From Batkoa obscura (lineage: Eukaryota): 64,000 bases of DNA. A model generated the notes under the pieces. It was not told where the DNA came from and did not search any database. It worked only from the letters and a program-made list of their open reading frames with translations. The DNA is taken from the NCBI GenBank assembly GCA_030770535.1, contig JASVEC010000013.1, positions 248,001-312,000 on the forward strand, read 5' to 3'. The translations under genes were made by a program, and so were the position numbers. Shown in pieces: positions 48,612-63,212 of the stretch (within the stretch, counting starts at the first letter, position 1; every line of letters begins with the position of its first letter).

Positions 48612-49079
48612 TTTGTTTTATTTTATAAAAGTTGAATTTGGAATTAAAAAATAAAATTTAAAGATTTCATTTCTAGTTCTTAATTTGTCAATTTTCATGG
48701 GATCTTGAATTCAAAAATAAACTTAATCAAATTTCAAAATATTCTTGTAAGCAAAAATTTCAATGTTTTGTTCAAAATAAAAATTAACAAAATTAAAAAA
48801 GAATCAAAGGAATACAAAGGACCATGAATGGATGAACTCAAAAGGAATTAGGAAGCAATATATTATTAATTTAAAGAAAGAAAGAAATAATCTTTTCCAT
48901 ACTTTATATAGAATTTTTAAAATTAAATATCCTCACTTAATTCAAAAACATTCTCTTGAGAAGAAAATCAAATTAATTAATAGGTAACAGTAAGATCTGG
49001 TGAATTTTTTGTTGAAAGAAGAACTGAGAGGTAATATCAATATTTTTTAACCTATCAAAACCCTTACCTATTTTAACTC

Positions 49080-50459
49080 TCATTTCAACATCGATTTCCC
49101 AATTTTAATTTGCTTATCAAACTCTATTATAAACTCCATCAACTTTAAAAAATTTGAATAAAATCTTATCAATTTAGGAAACTTCTCAAAGAATGTTTTC
49201 AATTTCATTGTATTAAAAAAGGGATAGTTAAACTCTAAACACAATAACTGTGGGAGCTTAATTTTTAGTAGTAAGTTATTGGTATATTCAATATTTTGAT
49301 TTTGTACAATAAAATTAGTTTGTCGAATTGGGATAAGAGTAAGATGTAGTGTAAGGATAGAAGAACAGATGAGGTTTATAAATTGAATTAAGCTATTGTT
49401 GATAGCTCCGTTATATTGAATATGTAATTCATTTAACTGATGTAATTTATTAAACGAACAATTTAAATGTATATTATTAATATTAATTAACTTTAATATT
49501 CTTAATGTATTAAAATTGTTATTAATCAATTGATTAATATTATTTACATTAAGTGTAGTTGCAGTCATATTTTTAAAATTGATATCTAGATTAGTTAATT
49601 GAGTTAATGATGTTAATTGAGTATTATTTAGTAAATTATTTTGTAATGATATACTCGATAAGTTAATTAAATTACTAAATTTATATTGAATCCTACCGTA
49701 TAATTGTAACTTCTTTAATTTACTACCATTTATTAAATTGAGTACTTTAATATCACTTTGCTTGTAAAAATGAGCTTTAAAATATTGAATTTGTCTCAAA
49801 TCAAATGAAAGTGGTTGTTGTTTACTAGTATTATTTTGATGATGATTTTCCAATATTAAACAGTTTAAATGAATCAAATAGGTATTAATAAATAATAATA
49901 GATTAAAATTAGCTTTACCAAAATAAGAAAATGAAAGAATATTATCCAAATTTAAATAGTTTAATAAACTTAATGTATCCTTTTCATTATCGGATAAAAT
50001 ATTAAGTTGGATTGTAGTTAAACAGTGCAATTCTTTCAATCCTTTAAAATTGAAATTAATATTTTTACAACTTAAACTTAATATTTTTAAATTATTAAAA
50101 CTTGTAAAATCCCATTCTATAGTTCGTATCGTTGAATTATCATTTATTAATATTAATATTAATCCATGAATATTATTTTTGATTGTATCCTTCTTCTTCT
50201 TATACTTAAAAAATTGATCCTGATCCTCTTCAATATCTCTAATCTCTTCAATCTCTTTATCATAACAAATATATTGAATATATTTTTTATATTGTAATTG
50301 AGTCTTAAGATGAAATTTAGTATATAATTTATAATTGATGTTATTGAATAAATGAATTAATATTAATTTATTCCATCTTTTATTGATGCATCGTAAGCGG
50401 GTTAATTCACTTATCGTAAAATGATTTAGTAAAGGGGGGATGATTTCAACGGTTAGCAT
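49080..50459 (-). CDS. F-box + LRR protein
   Basis: ATG at 50459: MLTVEIIPPLLNHFTISELTRLRCINKRWNKLI (F-box-like), followed by LxxLxLxx repeats. Confidence 0.75.
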   Translation of the reverse strand: MLTVEIIPPLLNHFTISELTRLRCINKRWNKLILIHLFNNINYKLYTKFHLKTQLQYKKYIQYICYDKEIEEIRDIEEDQDQFFKYKKKKDTIKNNIHGLILILINDNSTIRTIEWDFTSFNNLKILSLSCKNINFNFKGLKELHCLTTIQLNILSDNEKDTLSLLNYLNLDNILSFSYFGKANFNLLLFINTYLIHLNCLILENHHQNNTSKQQPLSFDLRQIQYFKAHFYKQSDIKVLNLINGSKLKKLQLYGRIQYKFSNLINLSSISLQNNLLNNTQLTSLTQLTNLDINFKNMTATTLNVNNINQLINNNFNTLRILKLININNIHLNCSFNKLHQLNELHIQYNGAINNSLIQFINLICSSILTLHLTLIPIRQTNFIVQNQNIEYTNNLLLKIKLPQLLCLEFNYPFFNTMKLKTFFEKFPKLIRFYSNFLKLMEFIIEFDKQIKIGKSMLK

Positions 50460-50672
50460 ATGGAATAAATAAATAAAAGATGAGGTCACTAATCAAGAAG
50501 AAGAAATAGTCAAATAAAAGTTGGTTTGATGTAGATAATAAAAAATAAATGTGTAGTTGGACTATTAACTGATATGACTTAAATAAAAGAACAAAATCGA
50601 TTTTTTGCAACGTATGCAAAATTAAATCGCAATTTTAGTTGATTTTTTAATGAAATGTAATCAAAGTAAGAT

Positions 50673-50775
50673 ATGGGGATGTATTTTTGTGTTTAAGAAT
50701 TTTGCCAACAATCTTTCCACTCAAATAGCGCTTAAAAGATGAAAAAAGTGATGAAACCAAAAAAAACATCCCCAT
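50673..50775 (+). mobile_element. MITE family A copy (best preserved)
   Basis: ATATGGGGATGT(A)TTTTT / AAAAAAACATCCCCATAT near-perfect terminal inverted repeat. Confidence 0.9.
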
Positions 50776-51061
50776 ATTAACTTTTATTTCAAATATAGAA
50801 ATGGGGACATTTGACATTAACTAAAAATAAGAAATGAACTATAAGTTTTTTATATTTATACTATTTTAAAAATCAAGCTTTTATTGTTATGAAAATAGTT
50901 GAATACTCCATTTATTGAAATTTAGTATAAATTACCTTTTTTTTCTCCTTTTTAGCTTTATCCTTCTATTTTAACCTACCCTCCTATTTGTAAATTTAAG
51001 ATATTCAATAAGCCTATTTTTTAGCTCTATTAAAACAATCGGATATCATGTCATCAAAAAA

Positions 51062-51573
51062 ATGAAACTTGGTATTATAATAGGTAGTATTCGAGAAAAC
51101 CGAGCTGGACTTAAATTAGCCCAATTCTTAGCAAGTAAAATCCAAGGTAAGTTACCTTATCAATTTAAAACCCTGGGGTCTCCCCACGTCTAGTGAAACT
51201 TATATGTCTAAAGATGGCATTTATGAAAGTGAGAAAATCATTTGCTGGAATCAAGAAATTAATTCTTATGGTCATTTTATCTTTGTTATACCACAATACA
51301 ATTGGGGTTATCCTGCTGCTGTAAAACAGTATTGATCATTTATATAGAGAATATAGTGATAAAAATGGTATTATTGTTTGTTATGGCTCTAGAGGGGATG
51401 AAAAAGCAGGTGAGCAGTTGAAGCAAGTGTTGACGAGTGTTAAAATGAATGCTATTAGTACTCATCCGATTAAATTAGCAGAGTTGGATTCATTTAATTG
51501 TTCTGGTATTATTGAAGATGTGGTTAAGTTAAGTAAAAATAGATGTTTTAATAGCTTACTACAGGAAGTCTAG
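51062..51573 (+). pseudogene. NAD(P)H-dependent FMN reductase (Lot6/ChrR/SsuE-like), two frameshifts
   Basis: MKLGIIIGSIRENRAG / LINLKPWGLP...FIFVIPQYNWGYPAAVK / SIDHLYREY..K.GIIVCYGSRG appear in successive frames; shifts at ~51155 and ~51326. Confidence 0.8.
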
Positions 51574-51710
51574 AGATGAGATGAGCGTTATATAGTTAGC
51601 TTTAACTTTATTGAAATAGATTCGGTAATTATACAATATAATATAATCACTATTTCTTAATTTCGGAATATTTTTACTGATTCATTATTAAAACATGTTA
51701 AAATTTTAAT

Positions 51711-51809
51711 ATGGGATGTCTCTTTAGGTTTCATTTGTTTTTCCGTTTTTTAACGCTATTGAGTGGAAAGATCATTAGTCAATTCTAATACAAAAAAGAC
51801 ATCCCCTAT
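51711..51809 (-). mobile_element. MITE family A copy (degenerate)
   Basis: Reverse consensus match. Confidence 0.75.
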
Positions 51810-52548
51810 ATGTAAGATTCTGAACCAAATTGAGTGATTCCAATGTCGTTTTTTTTAGTCTTCTCACTTCAATTTCTCAACAGGGGACCAAATTTTAAAT
51901 AACGTTATGCTCAATCATAAATAAAAGTTAGAGTTGGAAAGTTTATCTCAAGTAAAGTTATTTATTTATCAATAATCCTTTAATGTATTTATACTAGTTG
52001 GATTGCTTATGATAACAATAATAATGCTATTATTATAATACAAAGAGTAATCGATGATTGGTATATATAATGATGCTTATAATAAGGATTCATATTACTA
52101 TTATGACATAGTGTAATAACGCGCTTTTAGTAAAACATTAATTTAAAAATAATTATATAATGCTTTAGAAACTGCAATATATATTTTTACAGGATCTAAC
52201 AATACTATCATGTAGAAAATTAGTTTCCAAAAAAGTTTTCAGAATTTTTAATAATTAAATAGCTTTTATATACAAGTCTTTTAGCTTCATCCTTTAAAAT
52301 AAATCCTACCAAATAAAATTCAATTAACTGTCTCGGACATTGGGCAATCAAGTTTTTTATAAAAGACTATATGGTTTGTCCTATCAACTTAAATTAATCA
52401 AAACCAAAACCAAAATCAAAAAATAATTATACAAATTTCATTTAACCTTTTAGAATAATAACAATAAAATATACTTTAATAAAAGTTACTATAAAATAAT
52501 CATCACTTCTCTCCCTCTTTTTCTTTTAAATTCTTCTTGACTTCTATC

Positions 52549-53080
52549 TTACTCTTGAATCAAAAATGAAACAGCCATAATAAAACAAGATAAACTAACA
52601 TAAGGGCTTAATCTTTCACCTAGAAAATAAGTATGTTAATATATTAATATATCAACTTAATTGTTGATAAAATAAAACAAAAACTTTATTTAGTTTTATA
52701 TTATTCTATTTTTTATAAATCTAAATATGTTAATTATAAAAAATACTTACCAACTCTAGCTGCTTTCCAAAAAATACTCATTAAACTAAAAGTATAGATA
52801 TTAGTATTATATTTCATTTCATCTTCCTTCTAGTTTGGATATTGAATATAGTAACATATGATATGTATAGATTAAATGATTAAATAAACTCTTACCCCTC
52901 CTTATTTTTATCTAAAAGAGTAGGTGCTTGGGCATGGATATAAGTGGAAGTACAAACAATTAATAAAATCACTAATAATAAGGATTGAAAATCAAATAAA
53001 GCGGACTGTGATAATTATGATAATTAACAATTTAATTAGTTAGTTATAAATTGAGCTTATTAGATTAAAATTACTAGCAT
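52549..53080 (-). CDS. KSH1: Protein kish (TMEM167/Ksh1), 4 exons: 53080-53075, 53005-52896, 52785-52751, 52619-52549
   Basis: Spliced product MLSALFDFQSLLLVILLIVCTSTYIHAQAPTLLDKNKEGLMSIFWKAARVGERLSPYVSLSCFIMAVSFLIQE matches the kish family. All introns are GT-AG. Confidence 0.92.
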
Positions 53081-53250
53081 CCTTGAATTAAAGTTTATAA
53101 AAAATGTAAAGATTGAAATGAATGCAAAATTCACTAACAAAATTTAATCTTAGTCAATTGGAGGATTGACCAATGAAATAACCCCTTAATTGCGTGGCTA
53201 AAATGATCAAAAAAATAGTAAAAATGTAAGAGTTAGATTGATTAAAATTG

Positions 53251-56200
53251 ATGATGCAAGAAAAAGAAAATTTCAAAGAAACTAAAGAAAACCAAGAAGA
53301 AGCAAAAGAGGTTGGGGAAGTTGAATTAATGGAATCTACAAAAGAAATAAAAGAGGAAGAAATAAAAGAGGAAGAAATTAAATTTGAAGAAGGAATAAAT
53401 GAAAAAGAAGAAAAGGAGGGATTAAAAGAGGATGAGCAAACTAACTCAAGCGAAAATTCCGAAGAAACAGAAACAGAAACAGAAACAGAAACAGAAACAG
53501 AATCGGATCCAGAAGGTAAAAAATGCCTATTATTCAGCTACCGAAACTCCCATACTTAAAAAAAACCATTAGATATCATTGAAATTGAAGAACCAAAACT
53601 TAAATATACTCGATTAACAGGGGGTACGTTTGATAATTATTTAAAAGGAGATGCAGCCAGTTGTATTATTGCTGGAGATAAAGTGATGGTAAGGATATAT
53701 TAATAATCAACTAAAATAACAAAATAAACAACAATAGTAAAATTGAAATGTTGAATATTAATATTGGTTTTTCAAAATAGGCAGTTGGTACTCATTCTGG
53801 TAAATTATATTTACTTGATTTAATGGGTAACGAATTAAAATCCATTAATTGCCATACCACTACGATCAATTCTTTAAGTATGGATTTATCAGAACAATTT
53901 ATTGCTTCTGCTTCGGATGATGGTAAGTTGAATTATTCTCTTTTTTCATTAAAATTTTAAAAATAAAATACGAATAATCATTTTACTTTTATTAAGGCTC
54001 TATCAAAGTGCATGGTATTTATACTTCATTCAAACAAAGTAAAAATTATATGCGACCTATGAAAGCAGTCGCTTTAAGTCCTGATTTTGCTACGAATTCT
54101 CAACAAAGAATTATCTCCGGTGGTTTAGCAGGTCAATTGATTATGAACACTAAAGGTAAGTTGTAAAGAAATCGAAATAGATTTTATTACTTTTTTGTTT
54201 AATTGAATTAAGTGTGAATTTTTATGTTGATTGAAAAGTTAATTTAAGTTTTAATTTAAACTATTTATTTTATTATTTTATTTAGGCTGGTTAGGTTATA
54301 CAGATCAAATATTACAATCGGATGATGGTCCAATTTTAGAAATTCAATGGAAGGGAAATTATATTGCTTGGGCATCGGATTCAGTAAGTAAAATTAGTTC
54401 AATTATAATTAAAGAATTTCTTTAATTTAATTAGCATAATTAGTAATAATATTATCAAACAGTATATATCAATTATACATAATTGTCTATTAATATGTTA
54501 TTCAATTAATTAATTAATTAATCATATTATATTAATCTTTTATTATTATTTTTAGGGAGTTAAAATTTATAATAGTCAAACTAATCAACGCATATCTTTT
54601 ATACCGAGATCTGAAAGCTCACCAAGAGCGGACCTTTATCCTTGTCATTTGTATTGGAAATCAAATATTGAGTTATTTATTGGTTGGGCTGATACGTTTA
54701 AAATTGCTAAAGTTATGGTAAGTGATTGTAATACTTAAATTATGTTTTCAAAATTGTGTATGTTGACAAATTCAATATATTCCTAGGTTCATGATCCTTC
54801 AATTCATCCTGCTATTTTATCTCAATTACCATCTGTAGAAATTGAATATATGTAAGTATTTAGTTGAATATTGATTTTTATTTATTTATTAAAATATAAA
54901 CTATTAGACTACGTACTGATTTTATTATCAGTGGTATTTCTTATTTAAAAGAACAAATATTGTTATTAGCTTATAATGGGGAAATTATTTATGAAGATAA
55001 GGATTTTAATAAACCTAGTAAAGTAAGTTAATTAAATAATAATAGTATTGATAATAAATAAGTAAATAAGAAGAATAAAGATATTGATATTTGTTTTATT
55101 TTATTGACTCTAATTATTAGCCCTCAAACCCACCTGAGCTTCGGATAGTAGATAAAAAAAACGGGGCGGATGTAGCCGATATATTGACTATGAACGGTTA
55201 TTTAAAATTTAAATCACAAGATTATAAGCTAGGTAAGAGAATAACTAATAATTAATAATAAGTAATAATACCAATAAATTCTATCTAATAGTAACTACCC
55301 CAAGTAGTGATTTATATTTTATAATGAGTCCCAAAGATTTAATTTGTGCCAAAGAAAGAGAATTAACAGATCGTATTGAATGGCATATTGAAAATGAATT
55401 GTATTATGAAGCATTACAATTAATCAAACAACATCCGGAAGAAAGTAGTAAATATACGATCAATAAAGTAGGTAAATTGTATATGAAACATTTAATATTA
55501 CAACAAGATTATGAAAGAGCAGGAAAATTATGTGTCGAAGTGTTAGGAAAAGATCAACAACAGTGGGAAAAATGGATCTTTGCATTTTATCAATCCAATC
55601 AAATTAATGCCATTATTGAATTTATACCAACTAGAGAAGTTATACTTTCTTCTACTGTTTATGAAATGTTATTAGCTCATTATTTAAAATGGGACAAAAA
55701 TTTATTTTTTAAATTAATTCGACAATGGCCAATTAAAAATTATAACTTAAAGAGTATCTTAGCTTTAGTAGAAGATGAATTAAATAAGTATGATATTGAA
55801 AATGAAAATGAAAATGAAAATGAAAATGAGAATAAATTATTATTACAAATTATAGCTGAATTATATCAATTAGACAATCAACCTCAATTAGCATTAAATT
55901 ATTTATTAAAATTGAAAAGCCCAATTGTATTTAATTTAATTAATGAATTTCAATTATTTAATGAAATTAAAAATAAAGTTAAATTATTAATGGATTATGA
56001 TTTATTACAATTTCAAAATGAACTTGAATATCAAAAGGCGGGGGTTCAAGTTACAAGTGAACTAAAAGCAGTAACAATGTTGGTTAGGAATTTACAATTT
56101 ATTTCAATGGAAACGGTAGTAAATCAATTATATGATCATCCCTTATTATTACATAATTATTTACATGCTATCTTTAAAAAAGAAGCTAATTTAGGGGCTA

Positions 56201-57281
56201 AATGGCATGATATACAAGTAAGTATAATTTAAAATAATAATAATATTTCTTTTTATAAATAAAGAATCATCAATTTATTGTTATTTATCATTTATTGTTT
56301 AGGTAGAATTATATGCTGAATTTGATTACCCATTATTAATGGGATTTTTACGTTCCTCTAATGATTATTCTTTAAAAAAAGCATATAATTGTTGCGAATT
56401 AAGAGAATTGGTACCCGAATTAATTTATATATTAAGTCGAATGGGAGAATATCAAAAAGCGTTATTATTAATTCTACAGAAATTAGGGGATATTGATAAA
56501 GTAAGTAGAAGGATAAGGGGAGGAGAGATGAATTATAGAATAATATTAATTGGGTTTTATTATTATAGGCTATTGATTATGTTAAAGAATATGAAGATGA
56601 AGAATTATGGCAAGTCTTATTAAAGCATTCTCAAGATAAACCAGGTAAATTGATAGTCTCAATTAATTAATTATTATAGTTTTAAAAAGGAATTAACTAA
56701 CTTTACTCCTTTTCTATTTTTTAATTCTAGAATTCCTTAAAGCACTATTAGAACAAAGTGGTAGTCATATTGAACCTAATAAAGTGATACAAAGTATTCC
56801 TAAAGGCTTAAAAATTCCTGGTTTAAAAGAGAGCATCTTAAAGATATTAATGGACTTTCAATTACAAATGTCATTAAGAATTGGATGTGAAAAAGTAATT
56901 TCAAGAGATAGTAAAATGTTAAGTAAACAATGGAAACAAAAACAAAAGAGAGGGATGACAGTGTTTGGTGATAATGAAGAGTTTATGAATTGTTCGAAGT
57001 GTGAAAAAAGTGTAAGAGATAATGGGAAAAAAGAAGAAGAATTAGTGTTTTTTTATTGTGGTCATGGATATCATGTAGGCTGTTTGGGGACAAAGATCGA
57101 AATCAATGGAAGGAGTAAATATCAAGTTAAATTACAACTAAATGATTTAATAAATTGTCCAAGATGTGATCAATTACCATCCACACCTAAATTGGAAGAG
57201 GAAAATAAGAATTTACTAAGTAAAAAATCCAATTTATCTTTAAATGAACAATTACCACCAATAGTAAATTTCATACCTTAA
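53251..57281 (+). CDS. VPS41: Vacuolar protein sorting-associated protein 41 (HOPS subunit), multi-exon
   Basis: Acidic N-terminus, EEPKLKYTRL, WD segments (VGTHSG, ASASDD, VALSPDF, G|WLG), SPRADLYPCHLYW, clathrin-repeat region, and C-terminal RING-H2 (CSKC...CGHGYHVGC...CPRC). Confidence 0.92.
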
Positions 57282-57477
57282 AATTTAAATTTCAATAAAA
57301 ATAAATATATTAAAATGTATTAAAAAGATATATTAAACTTGTTATTATTATTATTTAAAATTCAAAATTATTTTTATATAAAAAAGAAACATAGTATTCA
57401 ATTTTATTTTTATAACATAATATAAATAGAATCAAAAATAAAATTGATATAGAAAAAAAGCGTTGATTCATATTAAC

Positions 57478-59235
<1,758 letters not shown>

Positions 59236-60617
59236 TTTTTTAAAATTAAACTTAAAACAAACTAGATAAAATAAAATTTAATTAAAAATTCTCATCTGAA
59301 GATTCTATCGGTTGCTTTATATACCTCTCTTTGGTTTTTGTGATAAAAAATAAATAGATTATAATTCTACTTGGAATAAGGGTTATGTAGTTTTTACACT
59401 CTTTTATTCTTAGGAAGATTGGAACATAATAATGTAATCTTACCTTATTTATTTTTAATTGGTTATAAAAAAGTGTTAACCCTGAAATTAGAGATACTTT
59501 AATTGGTTGAAAGGTAAGACATCATGACGTGGTGATTGTTAAATTACCTAATCTAGTTGGCTCAATTTTTAAAGACTCCAAAGAATGTGATGGTAAAGTT
59601 TACTATGGGCAGATTGTAGAATTTTAAGGATTGATTGGTCGGTTTAAAAATTGAATTTTTATTTAGTGGTTTATAATGATTTTTTATCTCGTGAATGAGT
59701 TTATCGACTATTTGTTATCGGATTAACTAATTCAAACTCAATTTATTGTTATTTCACCTTAAAGATTAAATTAATTGTTTTAATTTACCGATAGAATAGG
59801 GTAAACGGGGTATCCGTGAGAGAGACTACTGTTCTTCCTTAGGGTAAAGTGAATCCCAACAAAAAAACAAACGCTGATTAAATTTTAGTTGGGTAAGCAG
59901 TTCAACCTGTTTTAAACTTAATTATTTAATAATAATAGTTCTTTGTAATAATAATAATCTTGCGGTTTGAGTCAATAATAATATTGGTGTTCTAGTTAAA
60001 TTCCTCTTGTTTTTGTGGAATTGAAATTTTAATTATTTTAAAATGTGAAAATTGAATTCTTTATCAAAAAAATTATCGCACGAATACTCCGTTTATCTTC
60101 TATGAATTCGACTTATTTTTTAATAATGAGGCAGCAATTCTTAATAGTATATGGATAAAAACATATTATATATTTTAATAATCAAAAAAATAGATAAACA
60201 ATGTGTTTGTGTAAAAATGCATTTATTCTTTCTTGATTAAGATGTAATTAGTTATTTTCTGAATGGAGGTTAAGCATTAAAGTAAGCACAATACCCAGAT
60301 TTAAATATAATATTACTATATAAAAACGTTATCAAGAAATTAAAAATATTAATTTTTGTAATAAGAATAAACATTACGGTTAGTTTGATAAGAGCTAGTG
60401 TTCTATCTAAATTCTTGCTTTAAAAGCCACTGTTAGATTTGTGTAACGAAAAGCTAGTAATTTCTCTCAGTATAAAATTGATCCTTTATCAAAATAATTC
60501 CCATCTCGAACAAATGTTCATCCCCCAAAATTATCTTTATCTTTAAATAATAAAATAGAAGTATAAAAATTACAAAAGCTCTTTATATAATTTATTAAAA
60601 ATAATAAAATAATCTCT

Positions 60618-61877
60618 TTAATTCGTCATTGTCATAAATAATAACACATTAACAACATTAGCTAATGATGGGTATCTAGTTACTATTTCAATAAAATACT
60701 TCATATAAATTAATACTCTTGAAGCATATTTCGTCTTCTTAAATAAACCTAACAACCCACCACAATAAACAACAAGTCCATCTACCATATAACTAATAGC
60801 ATAACTAGGACCTAAAGAAATAATGGATATGATTTTACTATTTTTATATTCTTTCATCAATTGATTTTTCATTTCGAGCTTTAGATTGTTACTGAGATGT
60901 ATAGCTTGCATATGTGTAGTATAATATAACTTGGGTTCTTCAAGATTACTAACATCACCGAGAGCATAGATATGATCATAGTTATTTACTTTAAAATAAT
61001 TATTAACTTTGATAAATTCTTTTTCATCTAAACAATCATTCATTTCTTTCTTCATAAATTCACTATTTGGCTGAAGTCCGATACTTTTAATAACTAAATC
61101 AAGTTCCAATTTAGTACCATCTTCTAATTCATATTCCTTTTCATTAATTTGCTTTAATTTTTGATCAAATATAATCGTTAAATTTTGGTTATTCTTATTA
61201 CTTAAATCTCTTAATGCCTTCTCACAATTATTAGATAACTTAGAATTCTTAAATTGACTTAATAATTTATCATTATTATGAACTAAATAAAATTGTTTAT
61301 TTGAATATCTTTCAACTAATTCAGCTATCATTTCAATACCAACTGCACCACCTCCAATACAGGCTATCTTTTGACTTGATTCAATTTTTTGTTTGTATTC
61401 AGTTAACTCAGTTAGACGATCACTATAGTTTCTAACTGAAGAACTGCTCTTGAACGGTAAATTATAACTTGATCCGGTACATATGATTAATTTGTCAAAT
61501 TCAATTTTTTGTTGATTTGTTAATAACTCTACTGAATTCTCATTTACACTAACTATTTGATCAATGATAATAGTAATCTTATTATTATCATCCTCACCAC
61601 CGCCTTCAATAGTATCGTTATAATGATTTTTGATAACTAATTTCTTTTGTTTATTGTCCATAATTAATTGTTTAAAAGGTATACATATTTGATGTAATCT
61701 TTTTTTAAAATCTTCTTGCTTTGGTCGTAATAATACATCAATTATAGAGGGTATGTATTCATGATATTCTTTTTGATCAATCATAATTATTTCTGTAGAA
61801 GGAGTACTTAACTCATTGATTAAGATACTACCCGCTGCTCCTCCTCCTAAGATTACAATCTTTGTTTTGGAACTCAT
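60618..61877 (-). CDS. FAD/NAD(P)H oxidoreductase, AIF/AMID (FSP1)-like
   Basis: IVILGGGAAG, FDKLIICTGS, IGGGAVGIEMIAE and IYALGDV motifs; intronless. Confidence 0.85.
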   Translation of the reverse strand: MSSKTKIVILGGGAAGSILINELSTPSTEIIMIDQKEYHEYIPSIIDVLLRPKQEDFKKRLHQICIPFKQLIMDNKQKKLVIKNHYNDTIEGGGEDDNNKITIIIDQIVSVNENSVELLTNQQKIEFDKLIICTGSSYNLPFKSSSSVRNYSDRLTELTEYKQKIESSQKIACIGGGAVGIEMIAELVERYSNKQFYLVHNNDKLLSQFKNSKLSNNCEKALRDLSNKNNQNLTIIFDQKLKQINEKEYELEDGTKLELDLVIKSIGLQPNSEFMKKEMNDCLDEKEFIKVNNYFKVNNYDHIYALGDVSNLEEPKLYYTTHMQAIHLSNNLKLEMKNQLMKEYKNSKIISIISLGPSYAISYMVDGLVVYCGGLLGLFKKTKYASRVLIYMKYFIEIVTRYPSLANVVNVLLFMTMTN

Positions 61878-62101
61878 TTTGTATTTTATTTTGGATTAAA
61901 ATATAATTTTCGTTAATTTTTTAAATTTTTTATAACTCAGAGTAAGCGTGACATCATCCTATGGGGTTAATTTACATTATTATTTGATTATGTTATATTT
62001 TTTTAATAAATTCTTTAAAATTTGATTTTGATCACTCAGTTTATTCAAAATCCTTGATTCAAATTTAATTTCATTTAAAATCTCAATTGCAACTTAATAA
62101 A

Positions 62102-62777
62102 ATGACACTGTCAAAACAGCAAAACCAAAATTTAACTTCAACAACTTCAACAACTAAATTCTATCTTATCCTTTTCACTCGTTTTCTCCTAGTATCCAAA
62201 TTTTACCAAGATGGTATTGGAACTTTACTTCAATTCTCCTTCTACTTATATTTCTTTCAACAAGTTCGTCATTTAAATTCTCCATTACCAGAACTTTATC
62301 TTAGCTTTATTCCACCTATTACCTTAATCTTTACCACCTTAATAGTTTTTAATAAATATACTAAGTTAGCAATTACTGGTTTAATCGCAATATGGATGCT
62401 TCAAGGAGTTGTTTATGGGATGGAAGTTAATTTCAAGGCTATTTGAAGGTTATATTTGGTGTTTTGTTGGTATTACTATGCTTTTAGTGGAAGATATAGT
62501 TAATGGCGGGAAAAATAAAGATAGCGATTTACAACTAATTGAAGAAAAGGAAAAAGAGGCTTATTTGATTGATGGACTGCAAGGTATCGAAAATAAATTG
62601 CAATTTGACTTAAGGTTTAATGCCAATAGTGTTATTTATCCAGAAGAAGCAAGTTATTCTTTGATACTGGAACATAATGGGCTTAGTGATTTAAAAGCAA
62701 ATAATTATGAAGATGATGATGAACTCGGTTTTTTTAAATCAAGAGATATTTATTTGAATTCTCCACACTCTGTTTAA
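62102..62777 (+). pseudogene. Divergent SURF4/Erv29-like membrane protein (N-terminal half), with a frameshift near 62440
   Basis: TRFLLVSKFYQDGI...LIVFNKYTKLAITGLIAIWMLQGVVYGM / GITMLLVE resembles the SURF4 N-half. Two overlapping ORFs; a sequencing error is possible. Confidence 0.45.
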
Positions 62778-63212
62778 AGTTTATTTTATTTCATATTGTA
62801 AGAGTAAATTCATAAAGGTTGAATAATTATAAATGTTAGCGCTATTAACAAATGTTTTTATATTATTATATAATTATATAATATTAAAAAATAAGACTTC
62901 TTATTGTCACAAATTAACGAAATGAATTAAATTATTCAACTTGAAAAAAAGTATTACAATATTGTGGAATGTAACAATAATAAAATATATTTAAAGTACT
63001 TGAGACCGTCTAACTCCTTCAAAATTTTGTATATTTATATATATGTAATTTTATAAAATAACAATATTACATATACATGCGTAGTTGTTCCATGTTCTTA
63101 TATTAAGTTATTAAAGTTTAATGAATCAAAGAATAAGTAATAAATACTCAGCATAACAATATAAAGGGCCGCTTTTTATACTCATCCTTCATTTTTCCTT
63201 ATACTAACTACG

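Noticed and set aside
1233..51809. CRISPR array or REP-like interpretation of the dispersed repeat
   Set aside because: Eukaryotic DNA; copies are dispersed, ~103 bp, in both orientations with TIRs, and show no repeat-spacer periodicity.
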